Assembly: GCA_965112735.1 (NCBI GenBank)
Contig: OZ218962.1
Span: forward strand, 2,356,001-2,420,000
Direction of reading: 5' to 3'
From: Phaeosaccion multiseriatum
Taxonomy: Eukaryota > Protista > Ochrophyta, other classes
DNA: 64,000 nt
Under the pieces are notes generated by a model. It saw only the letters and a list, made by a program, of their open reading frames with translations, had not been told where the DNA came from and did not search any database. Below are positions 24,336 through 37,886 of the stretch, in pieces. Both the position numbers and the translations under genes were made by a program. The first letter of the stretch is position 1; each line of letters begins with the position of its first letter.

Positions 24336-27300
24336 GTGTATTTCTGCTCTCCGTCACCGGTTCTGGTGCCCACTGCCATCCTCCCTCCCCCCTTCCCTCC
24401 TTCCCTCGTGCCTCCGGAGGGACGCAGCGGCCGCTCCAGTGCAATTGGTCGTCGCGTTTGGGAGGCCAGGGAGCCCAACTTTAACGAGCCCGAGCCCCGA
24501 GTGGAGCGGGATCGGCGTTTGATGGCCGCGAGATGCTTGAAAATGTCTTCGGAACGGGTAATGCCCATCTAGAGAGATGATGCAGAGAGGAGTGAATTTC
24601 AGGACAGAGGTGTGAGGAGTGTCAGGACAGAGGGGTGAGGGGTGTCAGGATAGAGGGGTGAGGGGTGTCAGGACAGAGAAGGGTGAGGAATGTCAGGACA
24701 GAGGGGTGAGGAATGTCAGGACAGAGAAGGGTGAGGAGTGTCAGGACAGAGGGGTGAGGGGTGTCAGGACAGAGAAGGGTGAGGAGTGCCAGGACAGCAG
24801 GGTGAGGAGTGTCAAGACAGAGGGGTGAGGGTTGTCAGGACAGAGAAGGGTGAGGAGTGTCAGGACAGAGGGGTGAGGAGTGCCAGGACAGAGCAGGGTG
24901 AGGAGTGCCAGGACAGCGGAGTGAGGAGTGTCAGGACAGAGGGGTGAGGGGTGTCAGGACAGTGAAGGGTGAGGAGTGTCAGGACAGAGGGGTGAGGAGT
25001 GTCAGGACAGAGAAGGGTGAAGAGTGTCAGGACAGAGGGGTGAGGGGTGTCAGGACAGAGAAGGGTGAGGAGTGCCAGGACAGCAGGGTGAGGAGTGTCA
25101 AGACAGAGGGGTGAGGGTTGTCAGGACAGAGAAGGGTGAGGAGTGTCAGGACAGAGGGGTGAGGAGTGCCAGGACAGAGAAGGGTGAGGAGTGCCAGGAC
25201 AGCGGAGTGAGGAGTGTCAGGACAGAGGGGTGAGGGGTGTCAGGACAGTGAAGGGTGAGGAGTGTCAGGACAGAGGGGTGAGGAGTGTCAGGACAGAGAA
25301 GGGTGAGGAGTGAGTATGCAAGAGGCTTGGGGCAACGGGACAGCACACAGATCACGCTCCACGTACACTCTCCCTCCCTCCCTCCCTTCCTTCCTCCCTC
25401 CCTTCCTCCCTCCCTCTCTCCCTCTCTCCCTCCCTCCCTCCCTCCCTCCCTCTCTCCCTCCCTCTCTCTCTCCCTCCTTCCCCCCCCCTCTCTCTCCCTC
25501 CTTCCCTCCCTCTCTCCCTCCCTCCCTCCCTCCCTCCCTCCCTCCCTCCCTCCCTCCATCCTCTCCCTCCGTCCCTCCCTCCCTCCCTCCCTCCATCCAT
25601 CCTCCCTTCCTCTCCCTCCGTCCCTCCCTCCCTCCCTCCCTCCCTCCCTGCCCCTCTCTCTCTCTCCCTCTCCCCCCTCCCCTCCCCTCCCTCCTACCTT
25701 CTGCGCGATGTCCAACTCCCTCTTGGCTCTCTCCTCCGCCTCCCATTGTGCCTCACTCCTGGCCCCTAGCAGCACATTTCCTCCCACCACGACCAAAAGG
25801 AGCAGCACGACCAAGAAAAGATTGCCCACAAATCTCGCCACAGCCGGACTCGAACACGAGGCTGCATCGCTAAAGTTGGGCACAAGATCGTCCGCTCGCC
25901 ACCACACGTTGGAAAACCCGAGTGCGTCTGTGAAGGCGGAGAAAGAGCGCTCGGGCGGAACCACAAATGAAAGCAGCGCCAAGAATTGCAGCTGTGTGTG
26001 CGTGTGTGTGTGTGTGTATGCGTGCGTGTATGTGTGCATGTGCGTGTGTGTGTACGTGTGTGTGTTGCCACCCAAAATACGCAAATGAGAGAGAAGCAAG
26101 CGAGGTAGGGCAGGGGGAATCCCGCGTAAGCAAGCAAACAAGCAAGCAAGCAGGCTCGGGAGACTGACAGCAGGCTGCCCGCAGGGAACAGCAGCAGCCG
26201 CAGCAAAGCTCCCACAAAGGAAAGCAGAGGGCTACCAAGTGAAAAGGGGACTGGCACAGTGAACCAGGATGGAAGAAGGAGGGTCCAAAGAGACGTAATG
26301 AGGTACACATGCCGTTGGTGTAGGTAGTGTGAGTCGTCCTGCTGCTGCTGCTGTATCACCAACTGCTGCTGCTACTAGTAGTGCCTCTACTTGCTACTTG
26401 CTTACCTGACGTGCCAAGAGGCTGGCACCACTCATAGAAGGAGCGCGCTTGCTCACGGCGCCAGGCACAGCGGCGGCCCCCACTGTGGAGAGTAAAATCA
26501 CAGATGCCACAGCAGCTACAACCACCGTGCCTACAAAAGCTGCCACATTCTCACCCTCTTCGATTCCACTGCGAGGGAAGGCACAGCCAGGCAAGGAAAA
26601 GTAATATAAGAAAAGGGAAGACAAGGTAAGACGAGATCATATCGGATAAGATAAGACAAGATAAGGGAAGGGAAGGCAAGGCAAGGCAAGGGGAGGGAAG
26701 GGCACGGAACGGAAGGGAAGGGAAGGGAAGGGAAGGGAAGGGAAGGGAAGGGAAGGGAAGGGAAGGGAAGGGAAGGGCAGAGAAGGCAAGGAGAGGGCGA
26801 GAGTCAAGGGAGGCAGGATAGGAGGCGGACAACAGATGACGACGGCACGGAGACCGCAACTACATATGAGAGGGAAGGGAGGGGAGGGAGGGAGGGGAGG
26901 GACGGAGGGGAGGGAGGGGAGGGAGGAACGGAGGGAGGGAGGGAGGGAGGGAGGGAGGGAGGGAGGGATAGGAGGGACTTACCTTACAGTCTCCAAATCG
27001 ATGCCTCGGTTTCGGGCCGCCAGCCTCGGACAGAGCCCCTCTCCAAGAAGGTTGAAGGGCTCCCCTGGCCCCGACTCGGTAAACTCAACTTGAAGTATCC
27101 TCTCCGCGCCCCCCTCAGAGTCCGACACAATCGAGATGCCCTGGCCGTAGTCTGCGACCCCGCTCCCTCCCCCTGCCCCTCCCGCCCCCCCGGCCTCTTC
27201 TTCGCCTGTTGTTGTTTCTCCGCCGCCGGGTGGTGGTTGCAGCAAAACGGGTTCGCAGAGGTCGGCCAGAGTCAAGCCGTCCACATAGAGTAATGAGGTT

Positions 27301-30300
27301 TCAATACTTTCCGCTGCCTGCAAATTGCGCTTGCTGCGAGCAGACGACGACGACGAGGAGGAGGAGGAGGCGGAGGAGGAGGAGGCGGAGGAGGAGGAAG
27401 AAGAGGAGGAGGAATGTGCTCCAGCGACTGCGGTAGTGCTGTCGTCGTGGTAGCGGCCGTTGTTGTCGGTGTCGCTGTCGTCACGCAGCAGCAGCGATCG
27501 TCGAGGCAAGTCCACCGAGACGGAGGAGGCAGCGGCGGACGCTGACAATGCAAGCAGGATGACATTCTCCTCAGCATCGGCTATCCCATCCACCGCACAG
27601 CCCCCCCCGGGCGTACCCGCATATGTCTCCAGGACTTCATAGGAGGAGGAGGAGGAGGAGGAGAGGTCGCCAGTGTCAGTGCCCTCGTCAGTGCCCTCGT
27701 TGCCGTTGTTGTTGAGGTATCTGATTCTCCGTACAATGAGTGTGTCATTGGTCTGCACCGGGTCGTCGTCGGATTGGTCCCCCCCACCGCTACCCTCGTC
27801 GTCGGCAGAGCGGAAGCAGCCGTAGACGTACTCGTTCGTCCCTCCGGCTGTGTGAACGTGTTGTGTGTGTATGTGTGTGTGTGCGTGTGTGTGTGCGTGT
27901 GTGTTGTGTGCGTGTGTGTGTGCGTGGGTGTGTCGGGGTGGCAGTGGGCGGTCAGACACAGGACAGTAGGGCGTGACACCCGTGAATGGGTTGGTTGATG
28001 AATCGTCGACAGCAAGGCAGGGTGTTGCCTCGTGGAACAGGGGGTCCCTCGGTGGTCATTCGGGGTGGCTCAAAGCAAGGCAGGATGTCAGGACAAGGAG
28101 GCCGGGAGAGACCCAAGGGGTGGTGGTGGATGGGAAGGGAGGGGGTGAGTGTTTCGTTCCTGTCCCATCCCTGGCCTTCTTATCAACCCTCTACACGTAC
28201 CAGTACCACATTTTCCCCCATACTGTACATACCTGCCAGAGGCACGGTGAGCGCTGACAAGATCTCCCTACCGGCTGCTGCTGGGGATGCCGATGGAGAA
28301 GCAGTGTCAACCGCTGTTGGGGCTGCCGTTGGAGCTGCTGTTGGAGCTGCTGTTGGAGCTGCTGTTGAGGCTACTGTTGGAGCGGTTGGTGCCTGGCCGA
28401 AGGGAAAAGGACGGAACAGATCCGCCGAGGATACGGAGAGCAGGAACAAGCAAGAGGGGAAGCAAGCAGGATAGATTGAGACAGCTGGAGGAGGAGGAGG
28501 AGGAGGAGGAGGAGGAGGAGGAGGAGGTGGTGGAGACGGTGAAGGAGGTGGAGGGGGTGGTGGAGGAGGAGGGGGGGGAGGAGATGGCCGCAGAATGCAA
28601 ACGGCACTCTAGAAGCAAGATGAACAAGATGAGAGATGGGAGGCTCTCCAGTCCCACGCCATGCACAATCTGCACATACCTCCGTAAACACTTCCCTATC
28701 CGCAGCTATCGGTGCCTCGGTATCTCCCCCCACCGGCGCTTCCGTCTCCTCTTCAGCAGTAGGCGCTAGCGTATCCTCAGCTACTGGTGCTTCCGTTTCT
28801 CCCCCTACCGGTGCTTCCGTCTCCACATTCCCTGGTGCTTCGGTCTCTTCAGCAGTAGGCGCTAGCGTATCCTCAGCTACTGGTGCTTCCGTTTCTCCCC
28901 CTACCGGTGCTTCCGTCTCCACTGCTACCGGTGCTTCCGTCTCTTCAGCTACCGGTGATTCCGTCTCCTCAGCTACAGGCGCTTCGGTCTCTTCAGCTAG
29001 CGGTGCTTCCGTCTCTAGAGCTACAGGCGCTCCCGTCTCCACACCTACGGGTGCTTCCGTCTCCACGGCAACAGGCGCTTCGGTCTCTTCAGCTACCGGT
29101 GCTTCCGTCTCTTCAGCTACCGGTGCTTCAGTCTCTTCAGCTACCGGTGCTTCAGTCTCCACACCAACCGGCGCTTCCGTCTCTTCAGCTACGGGTGCTT
29201 CAGTCTCTTCAGCTAGCGGTGCTTCCGTCTCTTCAGCCACCGGTGAATCAGTCTCCACAGCTACCGGTGCTTCAGTCTCCACAGCTACGGGTGCTTCCGT
29301 CTCCTCAGCTGCCGGTGCTTCAGTCGCTACAGCTACGGGTGCTTCAGTCTCCTCAGCTGCCGGTGAATCAGTCTCCACAGCTACCGGTGCTTCAGTCTCC
29401 ACAGCTACGGGTGCTTCGGTCTCCCCTGCAATAGGTGCTTCAGTCTCTACACCTACGGGTGCTTCCGTCTCAGCTACCGGCGCTTCCGTCTCCTCAGCTA
29501 CGGGTGCTTCCGTCTCCACTGCTACCGGTGCTTCCGTCTCTTCGGCTATCGGTGCTTCAGTCTCCTCAGCTACGGGTGCTTCCGTCTCCTCAGCTGCCGG
29601 CGCTTCCGTCTCCTCAGCTACGGGTGCTTCCGTCTCCACTGCTACCGGTGCTTCAGTCTCTTCAGCTATCGGTGCTTCAGTCTCCTCAGCTACCGGTGCT
29701 TCAGTCTCCACAGCTACCGGCGCTTCCGTCTCCTCAGCTACCGGTGCTTCCGTCTCTTCGGCTATCGGTGCTTCAGTCTCCTCAGCTATCGGTGCTTCAG
29801 TCTCCACAGCTATCGGTGCTTCAGTCTCTACAGCTACGGGTGCTTCCGTCTCAGCTACCGGCGCTTCCGTCTCTTCAGCTACGGGTGCTTCCGTCTCCAC
29901 TGCTATCGGTGCTTCCGTCTCTTCAGCTATCGGTGCTTCAGTCTCCTCAGGTACCGGTGCTTCGGTCTCTTCAGCTACCGGTGCATCCGTCTCTTCAGCT
30001 ACCGGTGAATCAGTCTCCACAGCTACCGGTGCCTCCGTCTCTTCAGCTACCGGTGCTTCGGTCTCTTCAGCTACCGGTGCCTCCGTCTCTTCAGCTGTTG
30101 GAGCTGCTGATGGAGGTAGTGTCGCAGCTACTGTCGGAGCTGCTGTTGGAGCTGCTGTTGGAGCCCCTGTTGGAGCTGCTGATGGAGGCAGTGTCGGAGC
30201 TACTGTCGGAGCTGCTGTTGGAGCTGCTGTTGGAGCTGCTGATGGAGGTAGTGTCGGAGCTGCTGTTGGAGCTGCTGATGGAGCTGCTGTTGGAGCTGTT

Positions 30301-31967
30301 GTTGGAGCTGCTGATGGAGGTAGTGTCGGAGGTAGTGTCGGAGCTAGTGTCGGAGCCACTGTCGGAGCTGCTGTTGGAGCTGCTACTGTTGCTGCTACTG
30401 TTGGAGCTGCTGTTGGAGCTGTTGTTGGAGCTGCTGATGGAGCTAGTGTCGGAGCTACTGTCGGAGCTGCTGTTGGAGCTGCTGTTGGGGCCCCTGTTGG
30501 AGCTGCTGTTGGGGCTGCTGTTGGAGGTGCTGTTAGGGCTGCTGTTGGAGCTGCTGTTGGGGCTGCTGTTGGAGGTGCTGTCGTCGGAGGTAGTGTCAGT
30601 GCAGCGGTTGGGGCCTGGCGAAGCGAGAGAACAGAGAGAGTCGAGAATAGACCAGGCCAAGAGGAGAGAAGGAAGAGAAAGAGAGAGCAGCCGCAAGGGT
30701 GGCAGCGTAGGTCGTAAGTGAACATCATATCAGCAAGCTGACTGAGCTCTGCAGATCAGCACAAGCCAGGCATCATCGACACATACTGTTGGAGCTGCTG
30801 TTGGAGCTACTGTTGGTGGCTCCGTTCGAGTCGGAGCTGCTGTTGGTACTGCTGTTGGCGCTGCTGTTGGTGCTGCTGACGGTGCCTGGGGAGAGAGAAA
30901 GGGAGGGAAAACATGGATTTGACCAGGGGCTTCTACTGCTCACCATTCAGCGCTCGACACGTCCATGACACTCATTTCCAGCCCTTCACTCCATCGCCTG
31001 CCGCATCTCGATGAAACCCATGATGAAGCAAACCCTTCCTTCCGAGGCCACCCCAATCTTTCCATGTGTTTACCTGCGGCTGCTGGCATCTGAAGAGAGG
31101 GACGGTGGCGCCGACCGGGGCACAAGTGAGCCCCGGGCAACATTCAAGAGAGAATGGACCTTCGCAAACTTCACCGAATTCAAGACACACCTGAACGGGT
31201 GTGATGGCGGTAGGAAAGGGAAGGGTGGAGCGTTAGGAAATGGTCTCAAAGGGGAGTATCGGATAGGGCGGGGGTTACGGCGAGCGAGGCAGCACCCTCT
31301 GATCTGCCCCTCTTCTTGAGGGAAGTCGTTCAGGTTCAGACACATAGACCAGCGCCGGCACCAGCACAGACCGCTAGGTGCTACTCGATACGACAATACC
31401 GCGTCCTCCCGTGACTCACTTCAGTAGTTGGCGAGGATGTTTGTGTGGGGGTTGATGCAGAACGAGCGCCATGATGGCATGCCATGTTGGAGGAGAGAGA
31501 GAGAGTACACGATCAAACCAAAGGACACACAGGGCAAGGCAAGAGGGATCAGTTAGAGAGTGCTATAGCCAGCGGCAGTCTAGTGTGTGGGACACCAATA
31601 GAGAGTTGAGGGAGGGGGAGGGGGAGGGGGAGGGAAGAGAGGAGGAGGAGGAGGAGGAGGAGGAGGAGGAGGAGGAGGAGGAGGAGGAGGAGGAGGAGGA
31701 GGAGGAAGAGGAGGAGAAGGAGGAGGAGGAGAAGGAGGAGGAGGAGGAGAAGGAGGGGGAGGAGGAGGAGGAGGAGGAGGAGGAGGAGGAGGAGGAGGAG
31801 GAGGGCGTTCATTCTGCTTCATTGGTTACTATGCATTGGTTACTATGCAGCAGGTACTCACCGTCTGTCGTGACTGTGACGACTTGGCCGTAGACAGGCC
31901 CGCCAAGGAGCCCCGCCACAAAAGCAAGGGCCAGCAGCCAGCGCGCCATCGCACGACTCCGACTCAT
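19704..31967 (-). CDS. Large secreted-ectodomain multipass membrane protein (signal peptide, Cys-knot-like exon, PTAA/ETEAP mucin stalk, ~7-8 TM domain resembling TRP-like/FLC-type C-termini), ~12-13 exons
   Basis: Signal peptide [21 protein letters not shown]. Phase-compatible exons run from 31190 to 19704. TM segments include [57 protein letters not shown] and LVVLLQPFW. The join between exon 1 and the Cys exon is unresolved. Confidence 0.7.
20739..21006. repeat. Intronic 33-bp repeat arranged as three dimers separated by AT-rich inserts
   Basis: Six copies of ccacc(c/t)cttctgtctacttgcttcaagccta. (AT)-rich inserts at ~20813-20830 and ~20894-20947. Confidence 0.88.
21960..22335. repeat. Intronic 19-bp minisatellite (ttgatgggttggttgttga), ~20 copies
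   Basis: Direct reading. It ends just before the minus-strand acceptor at ~21950. Confidence 0.92.
24590..25312. repeat. Intronic 23/25-bp minisatellite (gtgtcaggacagag[aa]gggtgaggag), ~30 copies
   Basis: Direct reading. The same family occurs as its reverse complement at 63372-63597. Confidence 0.92.
28700..30610 (-). repeat. Coding tandem repeats: 24-bp EETEAPVA units (~55-60) and 12-bp PTAA units
   Basis: Seen in ORF 28371..30728(-). Synonymous variation between units suggests selection at the protein level. Confidence 0.9.
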
Positions 31968-32730
31968 CAGGGGCAGAAGTGGTGACGACGATCGCAGTAC
32001 AGCGGACGTGTGCGCCATACAGCTGCCTGGCTGGCTTCTGTGCCTACCAGTAGGCCAAACAAAAAGAAAAGGCCAGGGGGCAGAAACGAGGTGCAAGCGG
32101 GGGTGAGTGAGCGATAGAAATCATGCTACATGTCGGTCCATGAAGTCACCGCGTAGGAGGGTGCGTAGGAGGGTACGCTACTTAAAGGAGTACCTTACAT
32201 TCTGCTGGAAGAAAGGAAGAAAGCCGTATTCGGGGGTCGTCGGGCCTCCTCCTCCGCTCTCCTTCTCTGCCACCCCTGCTGCTGCTGCGGCGGCTGCTCT
32301 TTCTTCTCCCCTCTCCCCCTCAAAATCTCACGTCCTCCCGTGGACTCTCGCGTCTCCATTGTGCCGAGTTTGCTGGTTTGTGTGGTGTTTGGTGGAGGAG
32401 GCCTTCCACACGCTCACATCATGGAAATTCCGTATCTCCGCAAAGTGGTAGCAGGTTGTTTGATAAACATATGGCTTGGGGACTATGTGGTTGTCGTTAT
32501 ATAATACTCCTGGGGGCGGAGAGCTTATAGTGTAAGGGTTGTTGTTACAGCGTGTGCTACTGCGCAGATGCAGATTCGGGATCACGTAGGAGAAAAAAAA
32601 ATTGGAAACGTCGCCATCTGCATGAGTACAACACGTAAAGTGGGAGGAAAATGTATAGAGAGGAAAGATGAGATGCGGCGATGAATGAAGTGCTACACTT
32701 CACGAGCTGAACTTGAATGCTCCGGTAAGT

Positions 32731-35700
32731 ATGCTGGGGCAAATGCATAACCTGCGGGAGCGCCGCGAGGCTGCTTCTGGTGGGGCAGGGAGGAGCCGAT
32801 CCGGGAGAGCTGCTGGAAGAAGGCACGCCGCTGCTACTGTGGTTTCTCCTGCTCCTACTACGTCTTCTCCTTCTCCTCGTGCTGCTGGATACAGCGACGG
32901 AGACTCCTATGGCGACGGCGGTGAAGACCTCATAGAGCACATCGACAGGTACTCAGGGGGCTCCGTGGGAAAAGATGGTGAATTGCAGAGCCTTGGGACT
33001 GGGGAGACATGGAGAGCAAGCCGTACTGGGGTACACGCAGCACCCCGAAGACATAGCAGCCAAGGTACTGTGTCTCCTCCAGCTGCATTCCGCGACCCAG
33101 GCCACAGCGCAGGCCATGCTCGATATGGACAACAGCCAGAACACCGACGACAACAGCAGCTACTTCAACAAAAGCAACTCCAGCAGCATCAACAGCGACA
33201 GCTGAAGTCGAAGAGGAGGGACAGTTTGAGTCCTGGCAAGCCTCAGCGTAAGTCTGTAGAGGGGGGCTTGGTTTTCTTTTGTTTTCAGGGTCGCCATGTG
33301 CTGCCACCCGTTCGTATACGCTTCCTTCCGATGTTGTCCCCGTTCTTCTCATCGCTCCGTCGGCCTCTTCTCGTCCTCCTCCTCGTCCCCTCTCTTGTCT
33401 TCTCTCTTCTCTCTCGTACTCATCTCCGCCGCCGCAGCAACAGCAGCGACAGCAGCAGCAGAAGCAACAGCAGGCCCCGCCCCTCCGGCCTTTGTCATGT
33501 ACATCCTTTCTGTCCTACAACACTTTGGCGCGGCGTCTCAAGGCCTGACACCAGAGGTCCTTCGCAGAGCTAAGCATGACCTACGCCAGCCTAGTGTCCG
33601 CAGAAAGGGGGGCGGAAGGAGCACTGCACAGGCACGGGACCAGAGAAACAGTTACGCTGACGGCGACCGCGATATTGGGGTCCACTTTGGCAATAAGAGC
33701 GACCATGAGCACAATGATAGAACACCACCTCCATCGCGGTACCCCAGGAGTGATGAGGAGGAGGAGGAGCAGCCGCGCCAGCAGCTGCAAGAGGAGGGGG
33801 GGAGGCTGGAACGAGCAGCAACAGCCGATTTGGAATCGCCCTCCCCAGAGATGGCTGTGGCCGATCCGTTGTGGCGTGCACTGCTCGCTCTGTCCTTACA
33901 GTCATTCGTGGGCTTTCCTGACATTCGCAAGACGGGAGGGAGGAGGCAGGCATGCCCTCCTCAGCAGCAACAGCAGCAGCAGGGGCAGGGACAGGGTCAA
34001 GGTCAGGATCAGGGACAGGGTATGGGCGAGGAGGCTGTAGATCAAGTGGCCCTTATTGCCTCTCTGAGCCTGCCTCAAGTGGTCCACACGGCGTGTAGTC
34101 TACTAAGGGGGGCGGGATACGATCGGGAGGCACTCTATGATCAGCTGGTGGGTATGGAACAAGTGGGACAGCACGTAGGGCAGCAGCGGAGAGAAGAGAA
34201 GAAATGCGGTAGATATAGAAATGGAGAAGACGAAGAAGAAGAAGAAGAAGAAGAAGGAGGAGGAGGAGGAGGAGGAGGAGGAAGAGGAGGGGAGGGAGAA
34301 AGTAGTGCTGCTGCTGCGGCGGCGGCTGCTGTCATCTATGAGGAGAGAAGCACTCTAGAGCCGCTTCTGGCGCTGGCCTGGCTCATGGCTGACAAGGACA
34401 TCTTCCGTCGGTACTGGACGCACCGCTGGGAGCGGCTCGTTGCCAAGTCGGCCTTTCCCTTGCCGCAGATGTCAACGCTAGACCCTTACGCCTGGCCCCT
34501 ACGCAACGACCAGGAGAGGGGTCAGGGTCAGGGCCAGAGTCAGGACCAACGCAGCACTGCATGGGAAGGTGTGCGCACCACCACCCCTTCCCCTCTCGCC
34601 ACCGCGACCGGAGTAGGAGTGGGAGGGGGAGTGGGCGTGGGAGAGTATATGGAGGCACCAGGTCGCGTAGTTATGTCCAACAGAAGCGGGGAATGTGCAA
34701 TGTCTGCAGCTTCCCGTGCTGCCAACGAGCTGCTCGTTCTGTATGGGAAGATCCACGGCGCCTGTCAGCAAGCGTCAGAGCTCGAGAAGGGTCGGAGAAA
34801 GGTCCTGGATCGCCTGGATGACGAACGGGCGCGGCGGAGAACGATTGCAGCGGTGGCACGGCGACGACAAGAGGAGCAGTTGGTGATACAGGGACAGCAG
34901 AGGCATAGGCAGAACGACGAGGGAGGAGGAGGAGGAGGAGGAGGAGGAGGAGGAGGAGGAGGAGGAGGAGGAGGAGAGGGTAGACAAGAAGCCGAGCGAG
35001 AGATCCAAAGCCCCCTTCCGCCGCTCCCCACCACCCTGGACATGTGCCTTTTGCAAGGGGCATGGGGGCCAACAGGTCAGTAAGTCAATAAGTGCCCTCT
35101 CATGAGGGAGGGAGGGAGGGAGGAGAGACTCGTTGGAGGGCTTTATGCATGGGGGTCTTTGGGGCTCATTCTTGCATATGACTGGGCCTTGCATCAGACT
35201 GGGCTTGGGGTGGGGTCGCTTCGCTGTGGTTCCTTTCTGAATGCTCTCCCTCTTCTCCTCCTCCTCCTCCTCCTCCTCCTCCTCCTCCTCCTCCTCCTCC
35301 TCCTCCTCCTCCTCCTCCTCCTCCTCCTCCTCCTCCTCCTCCTCCTCCTCCTCCTCCTCCTCGTCCTTCTGCAGGGGTTGAGGACTACCTTCGCACTGTG
35401 AGGGAGGCGAGCGACCTTCTCTCCCAATGGGCGAGTGCAGAGGCGTTGGAAGCAAGATGGTGGGCATGGCTCACACAAGGGAAGGCCCAAGCACAAGTAG
35501 CGGGAGGCCACCAGCGGCAGCTGCAGCAGTTGGTGGTACAGAAGGTGGTGGTACCGCAGTGCAACGATGCTCTGGGTGGTGATGGGGGTGGTGACTATGT
35601 TCGAGAGCCTCGGTGTGATGATGATGGCCTGGGCAGTGGGAGAAGAGGGGGAGGAAGGGTGATGGACCATGTCGAGAGTGCCCCCCCTTCCGTTCAGCAG

Positions 35701-37025
35701 ATGCAGGACAGGATTCGGAGTCTGGTGAGTGAGGGAAGGAGTGCGTGAGTGTGTGAGAGAGTGAGTGAGTGAGTGAGTGAGTCGGTGAGTGAGTGAGTGA
35801 GTGAGTGAGTGAGTGGGTGAGGGAGGGGGGGAGGGAGTGAATGAATGAGCAAGTGAGGGAATGCCTGGGTCGGTGATTGAGAAGAATACGCGAGGAGAAC
35901 ATCCCCTGCGTACGTCCCCCATAGACGCGCTCCCTTCTCTCTCTATCCCTCTCCCCATGTCTGTCATCCCCTTCGTACACACCACACAGACGCGCTGTTT
36001 TCCCTCTCTCTCACGCCTCTCTTCCCTCCCTCTCTTACGTCTCTCTGTCTGTCTCTCTGCCTCTGTCTGTCTGTCTCTCTCTACGCCTCTATCTCTACCC
36101 GCTCCCATCCCCTCTCTGCCTGTGTGTGTCATTCTCACCTGCACTCACGCACCCATCACGCACGCACGCACGCACGCACCGCGTGTCCATATCAGGTGAG
36201 TGCTCTGGGCGGCGAAGGCCGAGGAGTGTCGTGGTGCCGAGACTGGGATGCCCTGGTCAGCGGCTTGAGCCCCCTCCGACTGCAAAGAATGGCACACGAG
36301 CTGACCAAAGGGAGGAGAGACTCGGATTCGAACCCGTACTCGAGTACGCACTCGAGGAATGGGGATGGGGACGGGGAAGTATCGGCGAGGGGCGGGTGGT
36401 ACTCTGGCTCTGGCTGGGACGAAGCGGTGGATGCGGTGTGCAGGGGCCGGGCGGAAGTGGGAGCGCGGCGGCGGCGGCGGCGGCGGCGGGGGGGGAGGCA
36501 GCAGCAGCAGCGGCAGCAGCAGCAGCGGCAGCAGCAACAACAACTGCAACAATTACAACATCAGTTACAACAACAGTTACAACCACAGTTACAACCACAA
36601 GCAGAGGACTGTGTGGTGAGTGATGCTCTGCTGTCCGCAAGAGAGGAGGCAAGAGCTCTATTGGATCGAATTCTCCAGGTGAGGGAATTGCTTTGTCACT
36701 CTATCGGTGAGGGGAGGGGCGAGGCAGCCCTCTTCCTCTTCTCCCTCTCCATACCTATGGCCCTTCTCACTGTCTTTCACGCACGCACCCGCAACTCACC
36801 TCTCTCCCTTTCTCACACTCGCTGTCTTCTTTCTTCCTCTCCTTCTCCCTGTCTTCTCCCCTCCTCTCTCCCTCCCCCCCCCCCCTCGCCATTCTCTCTC
36901 GCTTCTCTCGTTGTGGCGGTGTGGTGTCTGCGGTTGTCATATCCTCACAGGCATGCCGGCCTCACCTCCAGCACCGCCCCGCCAACATTCAGAGACGGAC
37001 AGGAGCAAGGGAGAGACGCAAGTAA
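32731..37025 (+). CDS. TEDC1: Tubulin epsilon and delta complex protein 1-like (5 exons)
   Basis: Motifs occur in TEDC1 order: LTPEVLRRAKHD (cf. PEIFRRAKFD), LWRALL, GYDREALY, LLALAWLMA, ELLVLYGKIH, ALEARWWAWL. GT-AG introns are phase-consistent. Recognised from memory of the family. Confidence 0.75.
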
Positions 37026-37886
37026 TCACAGATGGAGTGAACGGACAACCAACACGTAGAACACACGTGGGGATGGACGGCCATACACCATAAGAGCCCT
37101 TAGGCCCAAGAAGGGATGGCAGCTCAAGCGCAGCTCGGGGGAGAACGCGTGGCTTGGGGCCGAAGTGTAAGAAGGGAGTGTGACCAAGACGGACGGGATG
37201 GTATCAGATGGTATCAGAGCCCCCCCCCCCCCCCCAGCATGAGTGTGTGGCGAGCGAGCGTTGGGAGAAGACAGGGCTGCCTAGATGCTAGTCTTACGGC
37301 TCAAGGAATCGAGGCATGCGTCTGTCCTACTGGGTCCATGCCCCGCTCTCGCGTGAAAGCAAGAGCTGCAGGAGCAGCAGCAGCACTGCAGCACTGCAGG
37401 AGCAGCAGCAGCAGCGGTAGTGTGTGGCAGCAGCGGCAGCAGTAGTAGCGGCTGTAGTATGTCAGCAAGCAGCGGCAGTGGCACCAGCAGAGAGCGGTGC
37501 TTTTTGCTTCGCTCACGCTGTGCGAGGCTCCACGAGGTTTGGTGTATGCACCGAGGGGGAAATCAAGAACCAGGGAAGGGGGGCGGAGCAGTGGAGTCCT
37601 GCGCGTCACAGCCGCTGCACTTCACACGCACGTTGTGAGCGATCAGCCCAGCCACGAAGACGCTACATGAATATAGTGTGTTGTGATTCACCCTTTTCGT
37701 GGGCGTTAGCCGAGCCGTCGATTGACTGCTGCACACCTCTGTATCTGTCCGTGCACTTGCTTGGGGGAGGGGAAATACAAGAGGTTTAAAATCACGTGCT
37801 GTGCTTCTCCGTCTTACTGAATCCTGCTGCTGCTGCTGCTCCTTCCATCGCATGCACCGCCCCGCACTGTCTGTCTCTCTATCGTG

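Noticed and set aside
24619-25312. Cys-containing repeat ORFs (ECQDRGVR)
   Set aside because: Translations of the intronic 23/25-bp minisatellite. The unit lengths are not multiples of three.
28636-30721. Plus-strand 693-aa GASVSSAT and Leu-rich ORFs
   Set aside because: Antisense shadows of the ETEAP/PTAA exon. Splice sites and the signal peptide support the minus strand.
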